A stretch of 64,000 nucleotides of DNA from Eledone cirrhosa (Eukaryota), in contig OZ024753.1 in assembly GCA_964016885.1 (NCBI GenBank), positions 44,578,001-44,642,000 of the forward strand, read 5' to 3'. The translations under genes were made by a program, and so were the position numbers. Position 1 is the first letter of the stretch. Each line of letters starts with the position of its first letter. The notes beneath the pieces were generated by a model. The model was not told the DNA's origin. It worked only from the letters and a program-made list of their open reading frames with translations, and did no database searches. Of this stretch, positions 26,331-39,204 are shown piece after piece.

Positions 26331-27048
26331 GACAACCTTTCTGTAGCTGGTGTCATGATAGAATGTATGCAGTAGAGCATATAGGACTGTATCTGAGCTG
26401 CAGGCCCCCCAGCATGCCTGGAAGGTCAGTAGCCCTGCTTGAGTTCTGACTCAGTCCATGAAGACCTGTCTAACCCTTGCTAGCGAGGAAAGCAGATGTT
26501 AAATGATGATAATATGTGTATGTGCTCGTGTGTGTGTGTGGGTGTGTTTAATGCTGGCCATTATAATAATAATGTTTTATTTTTATTTAAACAACCAAAA
26601 ATAGAAAACTTTTGAAAACATAAAGGCTCAACCTTTAATCTTTATATTGAATTAAATTTAAATATTCTATATTTATTCTATTTACAGTTAATTTTTTCAG
26701 TAAGAAGTTAATTTTGATATAGTTACGTATCTCTTCAGACAAATCTTATTAAATAAACAAAACTTCAAAAATCTTTCAAATAAAATTGATTGTAAAACAA
26801 TTGAACTTTTAACCAATGCCACTTGTTGGTTAAAGCAAATGTTATATACAAAGTTCACCTACCTATATATACCCCCCCCACACACACACACACACCACAC
26901 ATCCCCACCTTCCACGAACTGTGTCGTTTGTTTTGTTATTTCCATTTACCTTTTACATACACACACACACTCATGTACACTATATGCACACCACACCACA
27001 CCACTTGCACATTATATATATATATATATACAAACCATATAACTCATT

Positions 27049-27087
<39 letters not shown>

Positions 27088-27963
27088 CTAAACAAAGTCA
27101 GACATACACACATGCTCTCACGCTCATATATATATATATACACTGAACCAAGTCACTCACACTTAGACATACACAAACTCAAACACAAACATTCATGTGC
27201 ACTATATGAACACACACACACACATAAACTCTCACATATCCCAAAGCACACATACACACACACACACACAAATGAGCATAAGTTGACATGTATATATGCT
27301 TCTATATGTATGTACATATCTTACCAGATATATCAACACTCATATATTTATGCTGTCAAAAATTCCATTTCAATTGAGGTTTTTTTTTAGATTCTATTTC
27401 ATATTTCTTAAATAGATTTACTTTGTAGTTATAAAATGTTTATCTTTATATTCCCTGATATATTTCTGTATTTCGACTGCGTTTTACTTTGTTTGAAAGA
27501 AATTTCCTAAATTATGAAAAATAAATCATAGTAAACTGTATTGGGTAAAATATAGGATTATATGTAAGTCATGCAGATTTCCAGCCAATCTGAGGGGTTA
27601 GTAGCCCCACTTCAGTACTGACTCGGTTTGTGAAGACCTTGTCTGACCTTGTCTGACTTTGTCTAACCCTTGTTAGCAGGGAAAATGGATGTTATGAGGT
27701 CAGTAGCCCTGCTTGATACTAACTTAGACTGTGAAGACCTGTCCCACCATTTTACTAACAAGGGAGAAGATATGTTATGAGGTCAGTAGTCCTAATGGAT
27801 TTGTTATGTTAGCTGTTCTGGATTGAGTTATGTGTTTGGGCCATGTGTGTCAAAAATATGACAACCTTTCTGTAGCTGGTGTCATGATAGAATGTATGCA
27901 GTAGAGCATATAGGACTGTATCTGAGCTGCAGGCCCCCCAGCATGCCTGGAAGGTCAGTAGCC
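26267..27963. repeat. Identical 168-bp direct duplication (26267-26434 and 27796-27963)
   Basis: No mismatch seen by eye; offset 1529 bp. Confidence 0.9.
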
Positions 27964-28049
27964 TCAGACTGTGAAGATCTGTCTCACCCCTGGTACTTTA
28001 TTTTATCAGCCCCGTATCTTCGGTGGAGTTTGAACTCAGAATGTAAGGA

Positions 28050-29417
28050 TGATAGTGTTGATGGGTATGATGATGATGGTATTGATGATGATGATGATTG
28101 TAATAATGATAGTGGTGGTGACCTATGGTGGTGGTGGTGATGGTGATGATAGTGGTGGTGGTGGTGGTAATGGTGGTGACTGTGGTGATGGTAGTAATGG
28201 TGGTGGTGGTGGTGGTGGTGGTGGTGTGCTGTATGTAAGGAAGTAGTGAATGAAGGATGTATGAAAAGCATGCTGGAATTAATCAGAGTTGTTGACACAG
28301 CAACAATAGTTTGTTGTAGAATTTTTATTTTACCTTTCCTATTTCTTAACAGCCTTGATAATGAGGCATGCTGCTTGAAATATTGGGAATAAAGATACAG
28401 TTGTATATTGTTGTTTTATTTTTAATAACTGATGTTAAGTGGTGGTGGTTGTGGTGACAGTGGTGGTGGTTGGTGGTGGTGGTGGTGGTGATTGGGGGGG
28501 GGGGGGGTAGTGGTGACTGCAGTGGTGGTTGATGGTGGTATGACTGTCGTGGTGGTTGGTGATGGTGGTCGTGGTGGTGGTGGTGGTGGTGGTGGTATAA
28601 CTGCCATGGTGGTTGGTGGTGGTGGTGGCGGTGGTGATTGGGGGGGGGGGGGGGTAGTGGTGACTGCAGTGGTGGTTGATGGTGGTATGACTGTCGTGGT
28701 GGTTGGTGATGGTGGTGGTGGTGGTGGTATGACTGCCATGGTGGTTGGTGGTGGTGGTGGCGGTGGTGGTGGTAGCGGTGACTGCAGTGGTGGTTGATGG
28801 TGGTATGACTGTGGTGGTGGTTGGTGATTGGTGGTGACTGTGGTGGTTGGTGATGGTGGTATGACTGTGGTGGTGGTTGGTGATTGGTGGTGACTGTGGC
28901 GGTTGGTGATTGGTGGTGGTGGTGACTGTAGTGGTGGTTGATGGTGTTAGTGGTGGTGGTGGTAACTGTGGTGGTGGTGGTAGTAGTAGTGGTGGCGGTC
29001 AATGGTGATGATGATGGTGATGATGATGATGATGGTGGTGGTGAATTAAAATGTGAAGAAAACCATAGCAATTATTTAAGAAAAAGCCATTGAGCCAAGC
29101 TGAGCTATAGCGAGGTAGTAGTGTCGAGTTGATGACATATGCCTCCCAGGAATACTTCTGTATACAATTGTCATTTGTTGTTGTCTTTTCTATACAATAA
29201 ATATTGTATTCTCAGACTTCAACAGAATCCCAATCAATATTAGCTATAATAGCAATTAAACAATATTAATTAATAAACATTAACTGAGATACTGTTGAAG
29301 TAGATACATATTTATATGATGATGATGTTGATGATGGAAATGGTGTTGGTGTTGATGATGATGGTGGCGGTGATGGTGTGGTTGATGGGATGATGTTGAT
29401 GGTAGTGATGACGATGA

Positions 29418-29449
<32 letters not shown>

Positions 29450-29845
29450 ATGGTGGTGGTGGTGGTGGTGGTGGTGGTGATGATGATGATGATGATGATG
29501 TTGATGGTAGTGATAATGATGATGATGATGATGATGGTGATGGAGATGGTGATGGAGATGGTGTTGGTGTTGATGAGGTTGGTGATGATGATGATGGAGA
29601 TGGTGTTGTTGATGAGATGATGTTGATGGTAGTGATGATGATGATGATGATGATGATGGTAGTGATGATGATGATGGTGATGGAAAGGGTGTTGGTGTTG
29701 ATGATGTTGGTGATGGTGTTGTTGATGGGATGGTGTTGGTGTTGATGGTAGTGATGATGATGGTGATGGTGTTGATGGTAGTGATGATGGTGTTGATGAT
29801 GATGATGATGATGATGGTAATGATATTGATGATGGTGGCGATGGT
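28050..29845. repeat. Long (GGT)n/(GAT)n low-complexity tracts with internal duplications
   Basis: 28050-28225, 28440-29042 (about 147-bp internal repeat with G runs) and 29317-29845; source of the poly-His/Pro ORFs. Confidence 0.95.
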
Positions 29846-30268
29846 TGAATTTAGACACTTATATATTACTTGTGACTCAGGAATACTCAACCACATCATA
29901 CTGATTCAATATGCAAGTAGCTTGAACAACTGAATATTCATCGTCGAAACTGACTGAGATCCATTTTACTGTGTATTTCCCTCTCATTCTCTTCCTCTTC
30001 TTATCCTCCTCCTCCCCTCTCTTTCTTTCTTGTTTTCTCTAACACTCGCTCACCCTCTTCTGATATCTTACCTTCTCCCTCTATCACTCTCACACTTTCT
30101 CCCTCTCTCCCTCTCCCTCTCACCCTCACTCTGTCTGTCTCTCTCCACCCACCCCCTCTCCTCTCACTTCCTCTCTCTCTCACCTTGTCACTCCCTTCCC
30201 TCCTCCTCTCCATCACTCCCCCTCTCCCCCTTCCTTTCCTCTCCATCAACCCTTCTCCCCTACCAATG

Positions 30269-30325
<57 letters not shown>

Positions 30326-30330
30326 TATAC

Positions 30331-30390
<60 letters not shown>

Positions 30391-30779
30391 CACTCCCCCA
30401 TTCCATCTAAACTATATAACTATACCTTCAGGGGAAACTAGATTAATATTTCATTTCAGAAACTATAGATTTTACAGATATTTTCCCCAATATCTAACGT
30501 CTTCATTTTGTCATTGGTGGTGTTGTTGTTGATGTTATTGTCATTGCTGTTGTTGTTGTTATTCTTTTACACTTTCTTGTCATCATCACCTGTCTTTGTT
30601 ATCACTATTATACTTGTTGCTGTTGTTGTTGTCGTTTCTGATATGAGGCCATCTCTATGTTGACACTGTAATACTGTCTCTATGATGTTCTCTATAATAT
30701 TCTCTATGATGTTGTCACTGCTATGATGTCTATATTGTGATATCACTATGAGGCTTTACCTCAGAATCATCTCACATAA

Positions 30780-30989
30780 CATTTATATTACTCTATATTT
30801 ACTATTATATTTTCACGGTAAACACTTTATCTCACATAATTTTCTCATATAATATCGAATCTATGAAACTTTTATATTTATTTTGAGAACAATACCTTCA
30901 CATCAGTACGAGCAGCAGTTTACAGCCAATTTAAGCAGAAAGAGGTGAGGGAATTCTGGCCAGATACGGCCGGTTTAAATGCGAAAGAG
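30780..30989 (+). mobile_element. piggyBac-type MITE, 5'-truncated
   Basis: Homologous to 19724-19982; ends TAAATGCGAAAGAG-TTAA. Confidence 0.8.
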
Positions 30990-31761
30990 TTAAGCAATTA
31001 AAGGAATGGAAGAAAAAGAATGGACAACAGACACTACACCAAAGTCTGAGCAGTATCTCTCAGCTGCATCTTGAAACTATGCAACAAAACTTAAAGAATC
31101 GTTTTCACCACCAACACCTTTGCTTTTAATCTGCCCGCACCAAACCAGACTTAGTCTTACCCAAATAAAAGTCAAAGTATTAAATATATAAATGAATGAA
31201 ATAAAGATATTTATTACACTTCACTTCCTTGGATTATCGGAAATGTCTGCTAAATGATTTTGATTCAGTGAACTTTCTCAGTTTGTCACAACAATCTTTA
31301 GTTGCCACTCAATAAAGACCTATTCCAGTACTAATAACACCGTCTTTAGATACATTCATTCTTATTCAGTCAAGTGTTCAGTCATTGATTGGTTTCTTCA
31401 TGCTGATTATAACTAATCATTGATCTCTCTCTAATAATGATTGGAGGAGCAGAGAAATATGTCGGCAGTATTCTCTCAAATCCTCTTTAATATTATCACA
31501 TTTCAGTTGACATATTTTCATACAAGGCAAAACACATCACTCCATCACAGTAAATGGGAGCAGAGGGCTAGGTTTTCTCTGAATCACCTTTAGATATAGA
31601 TAGATAGATGTAAAGAGAGAGAGAGAGCAAGAGAGATAGATATATATGTAAAGAGAGAGAGCACAAGAGAAAGATATATATATATATAAAGATATATAGT
31701 AATAATAATAAATTTGAAGACTAAAATCCAAAGAGGGCTCGATAAGGATAAATATATATCA

Positions 31762-31905
31762 AATATTTATTAAAATAACAGATTAAAGTTTAAGCAAAGA
31801 ATTGCTGCTTTCACCCTTAATGGGATCTTCTGTTTCAGAAGATCCTGTTAAGGGGGAAAGCAGCGATTCTTTGCTTAAACTTTAATCTGTTATTTTAATA
31901 AATAT
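31762..31905. ncRNA. Inverted pair of family B hammerheads (minus 31762-31832, plus 31832-31905)
   Basis: Palindrome centred at TCTTCTG-TTT-CAGAAGA. Plus copy reads GTTT-CAGAAGA-T-CCT-GTTAA-GGG-G-GAAA-GCA-GCGATTCTT-TGC-TT^AAAC. The minus copy has a perfect CCC/GGG stem II but has lost the 5' strand of stem I. Confidence 0.65.
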
Positions 31906-31923
31906 AAAGATATATATATATCA

Positions 31924-31974
31924 GGCTTCCTGATGATTTCTCCCGAATGAAACAGTTCTAGTCCTGTAGAAGCC
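31924..31974 (+). ncRNA. Type I hammerhead ribozyme, family A (complete)
   Basis: GGCTTC-CTGATGA-T-TTC-TCCC-GAA-T-GAAA-CAG-TTCTAGTC-CTG-TA^GAAGCC. All three stems form; GUA triplet; predicted cleavage after 31968. Confidence 0.85.
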
Positions 31975-32679
31975 ATTTATATATTAAATATTTATACTCT
32001 GCTATGTATTGAGTACCTTACTTACTGTGGTTACCCCCGATTGAACCTGGGATAAACATATATATATATATATTTATAATTACATACATATATATATAAA
32101 CACACACTCACATACATGTATATTTATATGCAGCCTTGACTATATAATCTCAAGAAGTAATAGAATCAAAGTGTAAAATGTAAGAGCTTATATTTTGGTT
32201 TGAATAATCGATGCTATTCCCTCTCTAAAAGACATCAAATTATTGTAATAAAATGAAAGACTGTATCTGTTTAGCTGTTGAGTAAGATAAAGATCTTGAT
32301 GTGATCACTGCTGATGGCCTCACAACCACAAATATATTGCAGCTGTAGCCAAGTAAGCTATCATCATTGTTAGAATAACAATGAAAAAAAATAGAACTGT
32401 TTTTAATTAGAGATAAATATATTTTCTTCTCAGACTCTATTGTGAATAGACTTATAGTAACACCATTAGCAAAGTATAATTCAAGCTGAGATTTTTCAAG
32501 AAAAATGTGTGATGGAACATAACAAATCTATTGCAGTATTGAAGTACCTGATATATATATATATATGATTCTACAAAGTTGTACAATTTACCTGAAAGAA
32601 TTTTCTAATTTTCCACATAAAAATATGAGAAAGATATGAGAAAAACAATCGAGATATTTATTGTTCATTAGGAGTGGAA

Positions 32680-32930
32680 GTGGTAGGGCAACTTTTACAG
32701 TGGACTCAGCTGTTAGCTGAATTCATTCTACACAAGACAGTAGGTGTTTGACATAAATATTTGAACACTTGATGAGTACATGCTGGATGGTTTTGTTGCC
32801 CTGCAAGTATTTCAGAAAGGTATGGCTAATTATGCTTTCCTGCCTGTAGAGTTTATCTCAAACTTGCAATGCTTCCCAGTAGGCAAGGCCAGGAATTTCT
32901 GTTGCAAGTCCTCTGATAAAGAGTGACTTC
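32680..32930 (-). mobile_element. L1/Tx1-clade LINE remnant (zinc-binding region downstream of RT)
   Basis: YWEALQV*DKLYRQESIISHTFLKYLQGNKTIQHVLIKC..VKHLLSCVE*IQLTAESTVKVALP; a related fragment lies at 53390-53500. Confidence 0.65.
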
Positions 32931-34255
32931 TTGACATTTACAAGTAATTAAATTGTAGATCCCTTTTGTATTTTTTTAAATCTTTCTTCTACATACCATA
33001 ATAACAATTAGAATTAATATAAAATGTTATTGCAGTATTTCACATACAGACTGTTAATATTATATCCCAAGAAAAAGAATTTTGAATCAAATATATAAAA
33101 TTAGTAAGAGGTTAACACTTGTATGAAATACCTGAGACATAATCGCTACTTCTAATCCAAAATTCAAATTAATTGTTTATTAAACTTGCTACTTTTACAT
33201 CTCAGAAACTCAAAATTATCAATTCATATTAAAATAGAACTATAAGTGAGATAGACAGTTTTATATTTTAGATTAATAAATCACTTCATATTAATTTCAA
33301 ACACAATGTATTCAGAATTTATGACTGAGATATTAACATCTTTCTAACATTGCTGTGGTTTCATCAGCACATTACATCTTCCAATATATCATAATAGACT
33401 CTTCACTTAATATACTTCAAGATATTGCAAAACTTTTCAAGTTATCTAAGTAATGTATATCTCCAACACCACCATCACGGTGTCAAATCATGACTGTATT
33501 ATTCTTAAGGCAGACTAGGATGAAACTTAGTGACCCCACACAGACTTGGGTGGGTGGTATAACTGAGCCACTGTTACCTGTGCCCTATGATTCTAATGGT
33601 TAAAGGGGATCCAAAATACCTGAAAACTCTGAGCCCTGGCCATGGGTTGTTATACCCTAACTCCCAATAATTGATTTATTCTATGCCCCTTTTCCAAGAA
33701 TTAATCAGATATGTTATAACGGGTTTTTCAAGATGGGTACTACTTTATTTATGGAACTTCAGGATGATAAAAGGCAAAACCTACCTCAACAGAATTTGAA
33801 CTGAGAATGTACAGTACTGAAACAGATACTGCTGAGTATCATGTCCAACTCTTTTAATGATTCTTTTGGCTTATCCACCCCACCTAGACTGGTACCTTAT
33901 TTATAAACCTCATCAGGATGAAAGGCAAAGTTTACTTTGGTGAGATTCAAACTCAAAGTACAATGCCATTCTAATGAGCACATCATTCTTTATATTAACT
34001 TTATCTTCTCAGCACTTTGTAAAAGTCCCTGAGATCAGCTACATATACACAATTTTATTATAGTGATTTGTGTTGGGACGACTACATTTCAAATTAGAAA
34101 CTGTTTTAAAGTTCCTTTATTTGCGGAAATGATGTTAATATGTGTAATAGTATTGTTACTCCTGCGAGAGAACTGCTGGAAATGACCCACTTGAGATAGT
34201 AGAGGAGATAAACAACGGAATATTGTCTAGACTCTAGACTTTCTTTTTAACTCAC

Positions 34256-34317
34256 CTATTATTGATTATTGAATTTATATCAGAAGGTACAGCAACAACA
34301 TTAACAACAAAAGTCAT
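34256..34317 (-). other. Candidate exon with ATG (MTFVVNVVAVPSDINSIINN) and strong donor
   Basis: TAG|GTGAGT donor, frame open from ATG at 34317, several CpGs nearby. No homology recognised. Confidence 0.2.
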
Positions 34318-34432
34318 TTATGTTAAAAATTTATGCGAAAAGAGCCTTTTTTTTCTTTCACTCTTTTTTTTTCCGTTTTTACGTTCAATTGATTTTTTTT
34401 TCTTGCAATTTATTTTGTTAGTTTTTTGGGGT

Positions 34433-34487
<55 letters not shown>

Positions 34488-34649
34488 ATTTAGCTAGTTT
34501 GAATTATAGAGTCTTACTTTCTTGACTCCTTAATAAAAGATTGCTCTAAATTTAGCATTTATATTTTGTATTAGCTTTAATCTGTCACAGAATAAACAAT
34601 AAACAATAACTAAATAATGTTTAGGGAAATAAATGAATGACACTTCCAA

Positions 34650-35100
34650 ACCCTTTCTTTCTCTCCTTCTCTCTTTCTCTCTCTCCCTACCTCTCTTTCT
34701 CTCTCCTATCTCTCCCTTTTTCTTACCCTCTCCCTTTCCCTCCATTCTCTCACTCCTGCTCTCTCCCTACCCTCTCCAGACCCTCTCCCCCACTCCTTCC
34801 TCTTCTTCCACCCTCTTTCTCTCTTTCTCACTCCTTCACTCTCTCTCCCCATCTCCCTCCTCCTCTACCACCCTGTCCCTCCTCTCTCCCTCTCTCACTC
34901 CCCCCTCTCACGCCCCTATCCCTCCTTCACTCTCCCTCCGCCTCCCTCTTCTCTCCCTTCCCTTACCCATCTCTAGACTCTCTAGACCCCCCTCTTCTCC
35001 CTCTCCTCTCTCCCTCTCCTCTATCATCCCCCCTCCGCCCCCCTCTCCCTCCTCTCTCCCTCTCTCTCTGGCCTCCCTCTCCTCTCTCTATCTCTCTCTA
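34650..35100. repeat. Polypyrimidine (CT-rich) tract; a similar one lies at 29978-30262
   Basis: Direct reading. Confidence 0.95.
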
Positions 35101-35397
35101 ATCAGCTACAGGTTGTACATCAACTTAATAGCTGTAATTAGTCTTTAGTGTTATACTACTTTACATCAAAGTAGAAATGGGAAGAGATTGAGAGAGACGC
35201 TGCATGTCACAACATCCTTTGCTAAAAACTTAAGGTTCTCTGATTATATTAAAAATAATTATTAGCAGCAGAACTGCTAGAACAAGGGCTGTTCTGTTGC
35301 TAAACCATTCATTTCACAAGTAGGAGTGGTGGCACCTATTTTCAGCAGAGAAGACTGAAATGTTTAGAGTTAATGTGTTTTTTCACAGAGTTCTAAA

Positions 35398-35837
35398 TAG
35401 TGATTTCTAGTATAGGCACAAGGCCAGTAATTTGGGGGGAGGGGAAAGTCGATTAAATCGACCCCAGTACGCTACTGGTGCTTTATTTATCGACTCCGTA
35501 AGGATGAAAGGCAAAGTTAAACTCGGTGGGATTTGAACTCAGACTGTAAAGGACCATAACTCTATGCTGCAAAGCATTGTGTCCGAATCTCTACCAATAC
35601 TGCCAATCCACCACCCAGCATTCTAATAAAAAACTTGAGCCTGTTTAGATTCTAAGAATTATATTTGATGTTTCCTTGAGCAAGACACTTTATTTCACAT
35701 TGCTCCAGTTTACTCAGCTGTAGAAATGAGATGATAGGGGCAGGGGTCCCTATCATTAGGAAGGTCATCCAGCTGTAGAAATCAAGCCAGAATCAGTTCC
35801 CATCCCACCCTTGCAAGTAGGGAAAAGCGGACGTAAA

Positions 35838-35870
<33 letters not shown>

Positions 35871-36008
35871 CTATAATCATTATTATTATTTCAAATCCCG
35901 CCGAGGTTAACTTTGCCTTTCATCCTTACGGGGGTTGATAAAATAAAGTACCGGTAATACACTGGGATAATTGCTGGCCTTGTGCCTAAAGTAGAAACAA
36001 TTATTATT
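35398..36008. mobile_element. SINE cluster: family M(-), CORE(+), family M(+)
   Basis: 35398-35618, 35667-35868 and 35890-36008, by similarity to other copies. Confidence 0.85.
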
Positions 36009-38362
36009 ATTGTTATACATCCATTCCCTTCCCTAAATTCTATGGAAATGGACAATATTCAAAGTCACAAGACAAAAACACTGCAGCATAGCGAAACATG
36101 AAATTATAGATTAATCCGTACCCAAGAATTGTGACTGGTCTGATTGATTCTTGTAATGGAGACTACACCCATTATTGATAAAGGAGGAGGAGGAGGACTT
36201 TTTGAATATATTACTTAAGCTAGACCCAAATATGTAGAATGTAGCTTCTTTTAAAATGATTTGTGTTTGCAGTAATTTCTCTTTGACATAAACTGATCTT
36301 GGCAGAAATACTCATTCTATAGCAACTCATAAAATAATATCATTCTTCTTTTATTCTATACTGACGTTCATTTTGGGTTAGCACCACTTATTTCTTCAAG
36401 AAGATTCCATGCTTTGTCACTTAAAGAAAATGAAAAACAAACGAAAAAGTGCTGTCATATGTTGAGACTAAATCTGAACAATTTGTCATCTTTGTAGTGT
36501 TTACAAACTTCAAAGTAATTTAAAGTTTATTAGAAAAGTACAACATAGTGGCAGTACACCAGCATGGCCTCAGTCTTTCAGCTGAAACATGTAATAGAAT
36601 AATTGAATAATAGAATATTGGTTGGAGTTCTAATAAAACAGAGAAGGAAGAATGTTGAATAGATGGCTTTGTGTTTTACAGCCTGGATCTCTGCATTCAG
36701 AGTTCAAATCTCGGCAAAGTCAGTTTCGCTGTTCATTCTTTCATCATCATCATCATCATCTTTCAATGTTGGTAAATAAAATATCAATCCACTGCTAGGT
36801 TTGATGTTTCTTCTATCATTCTTTGGGTCAGTTTCTTTCCTTTCTCTTTCTCTGAAAGAAATCGGTTGTGTTCAGAACTGGAGAGGGATAGACTCTTAAA
36901 AAATATAAAGAAAAAGTCAGTCTCAAGTTCATAAGGCTGATGCTTATCCCAGTTTCCATGGCATTAAGTGTCTGAGAGTACAATACTTCCCCCTGGACAG
37001 GACACCAGTCCCTCACAGGGTTAACCCCCCAGCTATTGCTGGTACTCATTTTCAGTTGAGTATACTGGAGCAACATGAAATGAGATGTTTTACTCCAACA
37101 ACACAACACACGACCCAGTCCAGGATGTGATGGGAATGAGATGATGATAAGTGCTGGCAGGGTGGAAAAAGTTCTATATGCTTTTAATATAGGGTATCAA
37201 TGGCAGAACAATAATGATGAAGATAAAATGACATGAGAAGTGTAAGGTTAGATTTCATGATCCTAGATTTCATAAACGAGATGATGATAGACCAAAACCA
37301 GTGGCTACAATCTATCTATACGGCAGACATGTTTAACCTATAACAGCAGGGATAAACACTAACATTACAATAGTGATGGTGATGATGATGAAGAGGAAGA
37401 GGACGATGACAGCAACACTGATAAAGATCATCATAAATATGATGATGTTGACAAAGGTTATGATGACGGTGATGATTGTGGTGATGACAAAAGCAACAAT
37501 GATGATCATGGTGATGATGATGATGATAGTTGTGGTGATGACAAAAGCAACAACAATGATGATGATGATGATGATGGCAATAATGTTGATGGTCCCTGTC
37601 ATAGATGTATGGTCTTAATGGAGCAGAAAGTGGAAATGTGAAAGTGAGTAAAAATAAATAAATAAATATGTAATAAATAAAAACAATTTTTTAAAAATAA
37701 ATAATGAATAAATGAAGAAAATAGAATTAAAAAAAAAGAAATATGAAGAAAAAATAAAATAAGAAGAAATAATTTCAAGATTTTATAAAGTATATAAAAT
37801 ATTGATAGAGCAGCATAGAAATATGAAAAGACATATTTTGTTTGCAATGACACTAAATGATTTATTGACTTTCAAAACAGAATAGAGAAAGCAAGTGATA
37901 GCTGGGAAAAAAATATATATAACAAATAAGAAACGAAAAATTAAAGAAATATATCGAAAAATAAAGCTAAAATTATATAAAATAAAAATTGTAGAAAGAT
38001 ATATTAAAGAAGCTACAATTTGCAGTTGATATGTTACTCTGACTACAAAGTTGATCTGAAGTGTCTGAACTAAGAGATAGAATGATTTGAAGTAATGAAA
38101 AATAAATTGCTCAATGACAGCATGAGAAAAGCTGGAGGTTTAAGAAGGGCCATGGCTTAGGATATGGAGAGGAAGGAATGAAGGAAGGAAGGAAGGCTGT
38201 CAAAGAAATGTGATTTAGTATAAATGTATAGGAATTCAACAGTAACAACAACAGTATCAACAACAGCAACAACGACCAAATATATTTCAGATATTTTCTC
38301 TCATAATTAAAAAGAAAGGTAGCAGTTAGACGAATGTATATAATATTTAAAGCATTGTAACT

Positions 38363-38407
<45 letters not shown>

Positions 38408-38493
38408 TATGCATACTCCAGTCCTACAAACTGTAGAGTGCTTCTTATCCGGTATCTGCATTGCTTTATTGTACTACAATAAAACTCACCTCC

Positions 38494-38524
<31 letters not shown>

Positions 38525-38580
38525 TTCGTTTCTGAATTTGTTTAGCAAAATTCTTTATCTGAAAACGTGTGTTGAAACCG

Positions 38581-38650
38581 ATATTGTTATACTTTGGGAG
38601 GGTCATGTTGCCAATTTTGGCAACATGACCCTCCCAAAGTATAACAATAT
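38581..38650. repeat. Perfect palindrome, 34-bp arms with a 2-nt centre
   Basis: ATATTGTTATACTTTGGGAGGGTCATGTTGCCAA-TT-reverse complement. Related sequence at about 10185-10240 and 46703-46739. Confidence 0.95.
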
Positions 38651-39204
38651 ATATATATATATGTATGTATGTATATATGTATGTATATATATATATGTAT
38701 GTATATATGTATGTATATATATATATGTATGTATATATGAATGTATATATATATATATGTGTGTATGTATATATGTATGTATATATGTATGTATATATAT
38801 ATATACATATATGTGTATATATATATATGTATGTAAATACATATATGTGTATATATATATATGTATGTAAATACATATATGTATATATGTATGTAAATAC
38901 ATATATGTATATGTGTATGTATATATATATATATGTATGTATATATGTATATATATATGTATTTATGTATATATGTATGTAGATGCCAACTCCATCACCG
39001 CCATCAACCGCTACACCCAACCACCGCCACTGCTAACGACGAGACACCATGTATTGAGTCCGTAATTGGAATATTATCATTTGATTGTATGTGTGTAGGC
39101 ATCCATATGTATATGTGTGTGTATATATACATGTGTATGTATGCGTGTAGACAGGCATCTATGTCTGTGTATATGTGTGTGTATGGATATATATATGTTT
39201 ATGT

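Noticed and set aside
26700-26742. Minus-strand CTGAAGA-GATA..TATC-AAAA motif
   Set aside because: Lacks GAAA, the UH site and stem I.
29111-29200. let-7-like GAGGTAGTAG with nearby TATACAA
   Set aside because: Only a 10-nt match and no precursor-length hairpin.
32583-32600. Recursive splice site TTCTTTCAG|GTAAAT on the minus strand
   Set aside because: Such motifs are expected by chance in AT-rich DNA and the host gene is unproven.
33322-33372. Minus-strand CTGATGA...GAAA-GATG-TTAA-TATC-TC hammerhead-like motif
   Set aside because: Stem III is good but stem I does not pair and stem II is out of register; chance or heavily decayed.
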